Source of the DNA: Daphnia carinata
Taxonomy: Eukaryota
Direction of reading: 5' to 3'
DNA length: 64,000 nt
NCBI RefSeq assembly: GCF_022539665.2
Contig: NC_081331.1
Coordinates: 1,178,001 to 1,242,000, forward strand
Below, piece by piece: positions 12,558 through 24,352 of the stretch. The position numbers and the translations under genes were made by a program. Under the pieces are notes generated by a model. That model ran no database searches, was not told the DNA's origin, and was given only the letters and a program-made list of their open reading frames with translations. Position 1 is the stretch's first letter. Every line of letters begins with the position of its first letter.

Positions 12558-15500
12558 CTACTTCTTTGACTTTTCTGACGAGAAAACAGATATTAACGAG
12601 TCCATGCCTCCAGCAGCCAGGCACACTCGGTGTGGATGAAAGGTGAGACAAGAGACGGCTGCAATTTTGGAGCCCAAGATACCGCCACCATCGTGATACG
12701 CAATGGTAGAGCACAGGTCTCCTTCCTGATCGTGCACGCTGATATGCTGGCCGACGATTCCACTATTAGCAGGAAGAAAATAATGAAATTAATGGAATTT
12801 TGATTTCTTCCAAAGTCACAAACGCTTACCAGGCGAAGAGGTTAGCTTTTGGATGCACTGCCATGGCAGTCATTCCTTGCGAATTCGGCGCTGTCGCTAC
12901 AGTGTGCACCGAGGTAGGGTGCCTTGGATCCATGAACCTTATGTCACCCGCCAAGCTTTCGAAAATCACACAAAAAACATTATAAAGTTCTCCATATAGT
13001 AAAGAGCACGCCTGAACAGATACTACCTGCCGCTCACCAGGTTAGCGGCTCCATCGGTCGAGATCCATTCGCAATCAATGACCCAAGCGGTGTGTTCCCT
13101 CCAGGTCATCACTCTAGATTTTTGGGCGTTACAACGCTTGTCAAAAAGGCGGACAGACCCATCTCCACACGCCGCCACAAAAAGCGAGTGATCTACAATA
13201 AATTGGTTGAATTAAACAAATTCGGTTACACGGTTTATAAAAACATGATTAAACCTCGTGGGCTATGGTGGATGGAGGTCACGCAGTTTTCTGAGCCAGT
13301 TGGAAAATCACTGACTTTCAGTTCCCGCTCTACGTCCCAGATGCGGATCAACCGAACATCTCCTGTCGCAAGCAATTGTAACGAGTCTTGATTCCAATCC
13401 AAAACTAGGCCGGAACATCGAGTAGATGGAGTCATTTCAGCTATGCAATTCCACGCAGAGACAAGTGAAACTGCTGACGAATCTTCAACAATGCCAGAAC
13501 TTAATCGAGATCCTGTTCGAATAAAATCTCGCCAGATTCTACAGGATCCGTCATCTGCACCAATAAGAAGCAACGCATCGTCGTGTCCATTGACAAACTC
13601 CATTGATGTAATCCGAGCAGCCCTGGGTTGTTGTTGGTTGTTGAAATGGATGAGGCGAACGCTCCTTTCCCAGTCCCATACACTATACAATAGGGAATAA
13701 ATTATCTGAACTGACATTGTTTCAATCGACACAATAAAACTATACTCACGTGCATCCATCTTTATCTGCTACAGCAAGCCATGGGTCATATGGATGAAAG
13801 CGGATAACAGAAGGTACAAGTGGATTTCGATTGCAGAAAACTTCTTTCATTTTGGCTTTAGTAGGTCTACGTTAATGAATTTCTAGATTATGCTCAATCT
13901 TATCCATAAAATACAATCTCTTCTTCACCTTTGACATTCTTCTTTGGCTTCGCGGCGTACTGTAGCATTACGTGCATATCGCCACTCACGCGTATAGTAC
14001 ATTTCGGTGTCCCGTTCACGAGTTCTTCCGCATATCTAGTAGAAAAGGAAAATGTTCGAAATTTTATTATAAAACCTAATCATCGCTACTTGTACCTCAA
14101 ATTCAATAGACAATTCCTTTTCATGATTGGGTTTGGAATTCAATTGGATATCTTCATTAGACGCGGCTGGTTCTGCAAAATGTTTGGCGCACCACTCAAT
14201 AAACCCAGTGGCTACCAAAGGGTCTTTTAGCTCTCTGGAAGTTTCACCTTCTTCCACAATCTTATAAAGATAAAAACGCTAAAGTGTTAGCTACATCAAT
14301 ATCTCTTGAACTTCATTACCGTAGACGGTATGCTTCGTTTTCTTATTCTGTTGAACGACGGAGTGGTACGTTGAGCAGGCGCCGGTGGGGGAGAATCGCC
14401 ACTGACAAAACATAAAGAGATAACATATTACTTAAGTAATAAATACAAAGACTTGTCGATTGGAACCAGTTAAATCATTACATGTAGATAGTTTTATCCA
14501 TGGAATCGTTACTTGAATTGGAATATGTATATGCACGACCAAGATCAGTATCCCGGGCAGCTACAAGTTCCTTTGCCTGAAATATGCAGTGCAAGTTAGA
14601 GCTGTTGGTCAGTCATTTAATTCTCATAATGGATACCTTATTTCGCACATAATCTGTTAACTTTTTTGCCATATTAGAAACCTCGAAGTATGGATCTTTC
14701 TCCATGTTTGAAAGTCCATGCCAAATTTTGACGTAAATGGTGTTGAAAGCTAGGCTAGGCAAAGTGGAACTTGCTGCTGTTATAACCACATAAAATTGAT
14801 TAATCTTTATCTCAGTGTTTAAGTTACCGTGTACGCAACTTACTAAGGCTACTGAGAGAGGAGATAGAAACCGCACGTCGAATGTGATCGGGATTAACGG
14901 AATTTGTGGAATGGTAAAAACCACTCTCCGAAAGTTCCGGACTTGTTCCCAGGTTCGTTACGTTCGACGTAGCTGCCCGAGAACGACGGTTCGGCCGTTG
15001 TAGACTGCCGGAAGACGTAAGGGCAACTTCCACGTTTGGAGAAAGCAGATTTGAATCTTTGTTCTTTTCCTCTTCTAACTGCTGGATAGCCATTTGGATG
15101 AAAGTCGATTCAAATATCAAAACAATCCATTGCAGTGCGCTTACGATCTAGAGTGCAAGAAGTTGAAATTGCAAAACGCAACTCTAAAGTAAATGGCAAT
15201 TCTCTACCTCTTTACGGACCAACGGGCTAGCTTCTGAGTTTACAACGTTCAACAGTTGTAGAGCTACTGCCTGATCAATTTTGTTGGCAAGCTCATTGCG
15301 CTCAGTTTTGCCTCCACTGTGAATAAATGTCCCTAACGCGTACGCCGTGGCGGCTCGTACCTTAGGTACAGGAAAATACGGAATAAAAATGCAATGAATT
15401 AGAATGGATTGTTTGATTGCGAAATTACCTCTGGTATAGGGTCTCGTAACAACGGAAACAGTTTTTCGTGTGCGGAATCTCGAATGGCCGACCAACGAGC

Positions 15501-17769
15501 AGCTATGGCATTATGCCAGGCCAAACCAATACCGATGACGAGCCATTGCCTTAATAGCCTGTCCTTTTCGTAGACCATTTCAAGTGTGTTGGAGATAAAT
15601 GCTACTTGTGCCACGGCTTCCTGCCCCACTGGATGATTCCAGACCACTCTAGAAACCACGAAGGCGGCTAGGGTTCGTTGATCGTCTGGTACCGATGTAT
15701 CTTGCAGAACCGACAAAAAATATTTATGCCCTCCGTCACGAACTAGATCCGCCTGGCAGGTTACATCGACTGCGAGAATTTTTGTCCATATAAATAGCAG
15801 TAATGGACGCAGTTCACGCGCGGAACTTTGAAGTAACTGTGGATGAAAACGACAAGTCGAATAGTTGCGTAAAATAAAACGAAGATGAATTTTTTTAAGC
15901 AGACCTTTAAAACGTATGGAAAGATACCAACTGACAGTGCCAAATTCACCGCCCAAGGTCCCAAATCTAAAAAACGTCCCAATAACTCAAGCGCTCTTAA
16001 GCGATGCACCTGGCTCAAAAGGACTTGCAGAACAATAGGCAGCTGCTCCGGAGGAGATCTTTTCTGCGACCCATGCGAAAGCCAAACTTGAAAAGCTGTC
16101 AATTGCTCTTCAAAAAAAGGCGAATTCTGGAAAGTTTCTTTGCCTTCTAAGATGCCTGGTAGCTGTGAGAGGCAAATGTCAAGGGCTAAATCCCATGCCG
16201 ACCACATAGGGTGCTAAAAAAAAAAAAAAAAAAAAACAGAATCAGTAAAGGCTTGTAAATTATTTTAAAAACGCTAAGTGTACCTGAGACGTAGAAGGCA
16301 GTTTAGGCCAAGAGACAGGTGTGCAGTCATAAGACTTAAGTATCCTTTCTGCCAATAGGAAATTGCGGAAAAGACTGGCGACAAGTAAATCTTGTCTAAA
16401 AAGGCGCTGGAACACGTCTCGAGGCAGTGAATTCCAGGCTATCGTATCAGTTATAGCAGTAAAAATCCAGTTTAATTCACCTAGCATAGTTCTTCGATCA
16501 TTGAGCTGTCCAGGAATTTTGTCAACTGATTCCAGCGTCATTCTTGGCACCAAACGGGATGTATTTTGTAAAACGAACCAACGTAGCGCAATCTATGTAA
16601 GAAAAATAATATGGAATAGTGGCTCCTGTTAACGCAAGTTTTATTTTATCCTGATCACCTTAATGGGAGTTGTGAGACACGCAGTAAAAAGATCTGCGGG
16701 AAGTTCAGAATTCATTGGGAGAATTTGATTAGTGGCGCACGCTGCTAGCTGAATGCACTGTTTGAAATTTGGAGGAGGTGTCATCTGAGAAGGTAACGTG
16801 TTTCTTGACTGTGCCATCAACTGCTCGTACTCTCTCTGGTGTTGATCTGCGAATTGTTGAAAGGCATCCACGATCATACCAGCGTTGGAACAATCAAAAA
16901 CGTAGATTGATGGCGACCACATCCAGGTTTGCAGGTCGTAAATTGACAGTGGTATATACTGTGTATAACTTCGGTTAAAAACCCAAATCTCACCATTAGC
17001 CGTTGGTTTTGGTACACCGTGTCCGTTATAATGAAAGAGCACTCGTTCATCTTTTGCATTTCTTCGAAGAGTAGATGTTACTTTTTTAATCTGTTTTCAG
17101 AAAATAACCAAAAACATTGCAGCTGTACTGTGCACTATAAAGTTGATTGTCAGTAATAATTTTGTATATACCTCATCTGCTGTAGGGTCTAGGGTTTGCT
17201 TATAGCGGGCACGTGGCTGCCACCTCTCATACTGCTTCTGTAGGTTGACACCAATAGCTTCTAATGCTTTTTGTGGACTCATGGCCAAGGGATCTACCAG
17301 TCTCAGAGACCCAAATGAGTAAAAAATATTTTTAGTTATATTTTTTTATAATCTATACCTATCCAACATTCTAGTCTTGCACATGGTTGAGTCTTTACTA
17401 CATCAGGGGGATCTACTCCGACATTGAGGCATAATATCAATGCCACACTCACTGTTTTCATCTGAAATCAAAACAATAACTTTAAACTGATGCAATTTTT
17501 AATTAGAAACTCACCCAACATGTCAACCAACTATTTTGAAAAAATCTGGAATATAAAATTAGCAGAATAACATATTCCATTACCCGATCCTTTAATCTCC
17601 AGTTTTGGGCACATTCTTCTAATCCTTCAATTCTGTCAGTATGCCTTTCAGACGAAAAGGCTAGTCCAATTGCCCAATCTTCATCCTCTTCTTCTTGACC
17701 CTGTTCATCAGGTGAAGGTGAATGAGAAGTATCACGTTGGAAGACCGAAAGCTCTCCCGACATGTTCAT
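12558..17769 (-). CDS. RPTOR: Regulatory-associated protein of mTOR (Raptor): RNC, HEAT/ARM and WD40 domains, multi-exon
   Basis: [128 protein letters not shown], and WD40 repeats [14 protein letters not shown] and [17 protein letters not shown]. Ends ...SEKSKK*. Confidence 0.97.
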
Positions 17770-18318
17770 CGATACAACAATTTCTTTCGGGTTTCTTATC
17801 CAAATTTAGAGTAAATTCAAACTGCAATCGATCAAAACAAACTTCCAACGACTCTTTCATTTGATCCAAAACCGCAAAATTTCATACTTCATCAACACGA
17901 ATTCAAATTATGTTCCCCGTGTTGTGTACTTTTGTTGCATTGCTGAAGAAGCAGACGGTTTTCGTTGCAGTAAATGTAGCAGTACAGCGAAGTTGCCTAT
18001 TTTTCTCCAAAGCAAAATACCCAAAATAGCCGAATTAGCGAGGACGTGGAGAATCTGGAGATGGAGTGGAATCCGTAGACAAATATTACACCTTGTTAAT
18101 TGTTCTTTATCTGTTTTTTAGTGTACGACATTTATCTACCCTTGAATATTTTATATAACGTCGGAAAAAAGGAAGGAAACAATGAATAGTTACATGCTCT
18201 GCTCATAGATCGCGGGTTATGGCGGCAAAAGGGAACGAATAAACGCATCTGTAAGTAAAATGGTTGACTTATGATAAACTGAAACGTTTATTTTCTTCAT
18301 CCCTAAACAGACAGAAAG

Positions 18319-20292
18319 ATGAATTGGAGCGGCGGGTATAAAAATCGTTACCGAACAAACTCTGAGGTTCGAAAAACAGCATTTCAGCAGCAGAGTCGGA
18401 TTATTCTAGTCGACCTCGTGAAGCAGGAAGTGGATAATGACAACAAACAAACTAATCATATTCCAGGAAATGAAGAACAACAATATTCACCGAATTTACC
18501 GATTGTAATGAACTAATTCCTGAGTATTTCAAAGAACAAAGCTGTACATAAATGGTATGTATTTCACAGCAGTCTGATTCATCAAATAATGTCACAATGC
18601 AGCAGTGTGGAACTCCATTTAAAAATATTCCTTGTGGAACTTCTTCTGGTCAGATCAACTTAAAAAATATTGTTTCAATGGTAAACACAAATTTATTTAT
18701 CTAAACAGATTCAGAAGAATATGGAAGTGAAATATCAAATACCAATTACAGTCCTTATTCCTCAGACAATGAAATTGAAGCTAAAGATAAACCAACCACC
18801 TCTGAAGAAAGTAGTACAAAACTTCATTCAAGTTTAATAGTTGATGAGGACAATAAGACTTCTGCAGTGGAATTGGCTGTAGAAACACAGGAATACTCAC
18901 ACGCAGTCCATGGCTCATCAGGAAACTCATTTGTTCAATGTTCAGCTCCATCACCTGATCTAACACAAGATTTTCCCCATTTAACACAAAGCTTGGGCTT
19001 TCTAACTCCGGTCACAAATCGTAGGAACGTCGTTTGCGGGCCGCTTGACCATCGTGAACTAAAAGGTGATTACTATTTACCATACCCAAGTACGTAAGAA
19101 AAAGGCAGTCATTAGAAACGACTCCGTTTTTACCATCACGGTCCAAAGAAATAATTCTAAGGTTCCGATACAAGTTAGTAATCCAACATGTATTGTAGGA
19201 GACGTTTCAACGCAGGAGAAGCTACAGTATTCCTATTCACCATCGCAAGAAATTACCGATGTTGAATTCCAAGCTGCTTTCATATCTCAAGAGAATCAAA
19301 TAAATGTTCCATTAACTCTAATGACCAATGGATACCAGGAAGAGCCCGATGCCAATGGAGCCGTCGTACTTCATGAACATCATGAGTTTCTATGCAACTC
19401 GTACAGCAAACAACCTGTTAAATGTTCAACTCCGTACCGCAACCAAACGTTTCATTATCCAACGCCAAACTTAAGCTCTGTAACTCCAAACATAAACCGT
19501 GAGAACATGACGTTTCCTACCACACATGGCTGTCAACCGATACCGGGCAGTAATTTTAAATTCCAGAACTCGCCATTCCCTACCTCAGTTAACAAGGATA
19601 GGTTATACATTAACCGTTCAGCTCATTTTCGAGACATCTCCGTTTTAAGCACTCCAACACAACGAGAAAACAACACTCCCAATCAAGCCACTAGTTCGAG
19701 GTTCGTTCCAGTAGAAGTCATCCCTACTCAGCGTAAGCAAGTGCGTTTTGCATCGTCTATTCCTGTTCAAAAAACGAAAGTTCTCGTAACCTATAAATCT
19801 TCCCTTATTGGGGGAATATCGGAGATTGAAACGGAAACGCTTAGCCAGCCACCCATTTATAATAGCGGATGCCAGCTGTCTACCTTATTAGAATGTCATC
19901 CATCAGTTTCACCTTCTGAAGAGAAAGAGGACCCAGATACAGCAACCATGCAAGGACAACATTACCAGGAAGACGGTCCTGTCATGCACCTTGCTAACTC
20001 TGAACAGACACCTGGAAAAATGCCCAAAACATTGTCAATTACTTCCTCTAATCCTCTTGGTGTAGAAAACGAAAATATTGGAGAAAAATCTCATATTATC
20101 GTCAATGTTACTAGACCAATGTGTGGAAGGAAAAGAAAACTGCTTCGTGCTCCCGTTTGGAACACTGCATCCTCGTTTAGCAAGACACTAAACTCCAGGA
20201 AATCCCATTATGGACGTGTTCACTATTGCCAATGTCGTACTGTAGTTCAAAAGCTTAAAATTCGTGACGCTCAAACTCAAACTTCTCCTTGA
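18319..20292 (+). CDS. Predicted disordered S/T/P/Q-rich protein; candidate REDIC1/HEIP1 (C12orf40)-like; multi-exon, internal exons only partly resolved
   Basis: N-terminus MNWSGGYKNRY...RKTAFQQQSR. Several short GT-AG bounded open segments at 18570-19065. A 408-codon open frame at 19066-20292 (probable acceptor at 19198) ends RDAQTQTSP*. That this is a gene is well supported; its identity is inference. Confidence 0.6.
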
Positions 20293-20534
20293 TGTGTTTC
20301 CACGTGCTGTCTTTCTACACTTTGAACACATAAATAGTTTTCAACTACTTTATTTAATTGTATGAAAAGATCTTCAGGTTCATTCGCATTTGATTTATGG
20401 TTTATTTTTTCACGTTTCGGTGTTGTCTGGAGCATAAAATATTGCGGCAAAAAAAAAAAAAATCTTACACAGAAGCAAATTCTAAAAAAAAAAAAAAACA
20501 TGTTACGTAAGTTTTAGTGTTACCCATGACAGCA

Positions 20535-23500
20535 TCAGCGTTTTTTGGTTTTGCTCTTTTTCATTAACGAATCAGCAGATTTATATTCCACGCCTTAAAA
20601 AAAAATCGATTAGTTTGAACCATTTTGATTTTTGAGCACTGATTAGTTTTTCCTTTACCAATCGAGTTACAAATTGCCATTGTCTGTTGTTCTGTTGCTT
20701 CGACCGGATCGCCAGTCAAGAACAGGACAATAGGAGAATTTTGGCTAGTTTTGTAGACATTTCGTTGGTTTGTGTCCAGGTAATAGCAACATTCCAATAT
20801 CTGGAAAAGTGTCCTGTAAACAAAAAATCCAACCACGGACAATTAGCGCACAGAACACCATAAATATACGGCAAAAGTAATTAATGGTCGGCTCTTACCA
20901 ATGCGCCTTGTCTTTACGTTTGGGGTAAGTCAACAGCGGGATAACTTGATGCTCGTTCTGACGTTGTGCTCTGATAAAGCGATTACCGGTGCGAAAGCAG
21001 GATTCCAACCAGCGGATGCATTCCCGTACAGGTGCACTTTCTCGCTAAAGACAAATGAGCAAGGATACTGTAAACAAAGGTAAACTAACGAACTTATTCT
21101 AATAACTTACTTTAAGTTGATCAATTTCTGAAATGACAATGTCCGGCACCACTATTATCAGTTTTTGGCTTTTGACCACTTGTTTTATAAGGTGGGTGAA
21201 ATTTGAGAGAGCTGAGACGTCCGGTACTAGATAGACATAAGATAAACCGGAAAAATCAAAGCTTGTCTTCTTTTTGCGTTTCTGTTGAGGGGAGAGCCTT
21301 CGTTCAAGCTCTTGGACTTCCGATTTCAACCATAAGTGGGCCATATTTCTCATGACAAGATCCGCTTTAGCTCCCAAACTTTCTGATTTATCACTCATTG
21401 CGTCAGCTGGACATGTGTAAATCCCGTTAACCAGTTGGAATCCTTTTTCATTGTTTTTACTTGCTAACCAGTTACCAAACTGAAGGATTCTTTCAATTCG
21501 AATAGAATTCAAAATTAAAACTGCACATGGTGCAGGAGCAGATTCAAAGTCGATCTGAGCATGCACTGAGCTCATGGAGTTCACTCCATAGAACTTCCAA
21601 TCCTCTTCTAAAGGAACTGTACCGTAAACAGTAACATTTTCTCGTTGACATCGCTTGAACACGTTGAGTATGTCGGCCAGTGTTGACCAAATTTTTCTAA
21701 TCGTTTGGTTTGATGCTTGAACAATTTCAACATTGACTCGGAACCAATCAGTCAAGAGTTTAAAAATAGGTAAAATATGTGTAGCTTCGTGTGGGATTTC
21801 CAGAAGAGGTTCAACTTTGGCTTCTGCAGAATGAAATCCCGAATCAGAAAGGACTTCGTCATCGTCAGATTCCTGTTCTGAATTACTATCCAAAAATAAT
21901 TCTTCCTCTGAGAATTCTTGATCGGAAGATCCAGATGCAACTTTCCGCCTTCTTAATTTCGCTCGCTTACTTTCTTCTTCCTCTTCGTCACTCAATTCAT
22001 CAATCATCTCTTCTTTGGCATTAGCATCCAAGTACTTTAGTTCATGAGCTTGGTTTCCACTTGCATCGGAAACATCTCTGGATGTCATATGGAAAATCTC
22101 TTGAAACCTGTTTAGCACATGAGCAAACAAAGAGCAACAAAAGGCAATTGCCGCTGTTTGATTGTTATTCGTGGCGAATGTAGGCGTTAACGTACACATC
22201 ATCACGGAAGAAGCTAAATTCATGAGTTGGTTACAGCTGCTACTTTCGATAGTTTCAAGTTTCTTTTGGATTTCGCTTAATGTAACTTGACAAAGCTACA
22301 AAGTAATTTTTTTTTAGTATGGATAACGTATAAAAAAATTATTTGGTTTTACTTACTTGGCTCACTTCAAATGTTGTTTCTTCTTTGAAAACAAAGACTA
22401 ATTTCGGAAATAGCTGAGAAAATGCGGAAATCAATTTGTCTTCGTTCGCAACAAGCCGACCTAATAAAGCTTTTAAGTTAGGTTCGGCTCCGGGAAAATT
22501 TTTTGAAGCTTTCATGCTTCAGAAAAAAAGGGTAAATTGTAATGTATCACAAGCAGCAGCAACAACTTTGTGCTATACCTTCTTGTATAGTAAAATATGG
22601 ATTCAAATCCCCTTGAAGGATCATGACTTGTCAAAGTCCCAAGTTGGTTGTATGGGAGACCAGTATTGGAATTGAAAAGTATTGCCTAATGACGGGAGTA
22701 ACCGAAAATTATTAAATTGCAAAATGAAAAATTATTTATTTACTTTAATTAGTTCATTATATTTTTAATCATTTTTTTGTTTTCTTCTTTTGTTTACCTG
22801 GCGATAAAAGCGTTCCGACGTAATAACACTGTTGGAAATCTCCAGATCATTTCTATAACGTGACAAATCTCCCAGCCTTAAACCAATAGAAATGAATTCA
22901 GCATCCACAGTTATGACTATTTTTCTTGCCTAGTTTTCATACCAAACCAAAATCTTTTGAGCAGATTCCATTAGGTCTTCCTTAGTCTCTTTTGATAATT
23001 CATAGTTTTGGTACTTTATCTCAAGAAGTGGTAACACATTGAGTTCAAGTTTCAAAGAAGGATCCATATGTTCAAGCCTTCTCCACACATCTTGCAAAAG
23101 TTCAGTAAACTTTACAATCCCAGCCTCAATATGATTTCCAACGAAAAGTTTTTCCATTGAAGAAATAGGGGATTTCTAAAGTCATTTAAAATTTCAATAA
23201 GAGGCTAAACATAAACAGAGATTAGATGTATACATACCTTCCCACTGATTTTGGCAAACGTTATCACATCATAGTAACACTTCTTCCAAAGAAGTTCTTC
23301 AGCACGACGTCTGCATTGTAGAGGATCAGCTCCCATTGATTTAACACAGAGATAAGAAAGTTGGCTCCGAAGCTCAATAACTTCGGGAATGAATAAATCT
23401 CTGCATGCTTTTGCTTTAACAACAGCTGAATCTAACTGTTTAACCAATATTGAAGCTGAACTAGAACCAAATGAAAATTAAAATCTATATATTAAAAAAT

Positions 23501-23603
23501 TTCAAATGAAATAAAGAGCATATTACTAAATGAGTTTTTTAATGGTATCGTTACTGGTAGACGACGGCATTCTCGCCTTTAAAGTAAGGTTATTGTCTGC
23601 CAT
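20535..23603 (-). CDS. SMG5: Nonsense-mediated decay factor SMG5 (EST1/14-3-3-like N-terminus, C-terminal PIN domain), multi-exon
   Basis: RRRAEELLWKKCYYDVI, SLGDLSRY, an acidic linker, MRNMAHLWLKSEVQELE, and PIN motifs YLVPDVSALS, VVPDIVISEIDQLK, RECIRWLESCFRTGNRFIRAQ and LFQILECC. Ends ...KTKKR*. Confidence 0.88.
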
Positions 23604-24352
23604 GGTTTGGTCAAGTTTTGTTTCTGATGGCGCCAGCCCCAGCTCGAAAAATGTTACAACCAAATAAGAAAGAACGACTAAATGTGTAATGAAATTCGAT
23701 GATTTCCATGACGTCCTGGACTGGTCCCGGACCGCCTTCGAAGTAATTAAAATTAAAGTGCTAGTAGGCCTATATGTTGTCTAAATTCAACGAAGAAATC
23801 ACCCTAGAAACCCTCCATTAAGTCCAACTTCCGCTCAATTTGGCTGAAACGTAGCTGACATCTAGTGGGTAACCAAAAACATGAACACACTGTACGTAGG
23901 CTATCAACGCGCCAGAAAATACAAAATGACGTACTAAATTAGTGCGACGGCTGTGACCAGGTTCAACCATCTAGACAAAATTTCTAAGGGGAAATCGAAA
24001 ACGACAAAGTTTAATTCAACAGCCAATACGAAAAGTTAGCCAGCTGCAACGATACATATGTTAAAGAATGCCAAAACGCAAAAAGCTCTCCCTTGGCTAA
24101 TTTAATTTAAACCCTGGCAGGAGAAAACGACGTCTTGGTTACAGAGACAACGCATTTTGTTACGACAATGGTAAGGTTTTATTGAATTACAGAACGATGC
24201 GTTTCTACAAGCAGAAACAGGGTGACGCAAATAACAACATAACAAGACTGGAAGCCATAATTGGCAGAATCAAATTTCGACACATAATCCTTGGGTTAAG
24301 TTAACCACATTACCATTAGGTTCGACAAGAAAACAGCATTTAGGGCACAAAG

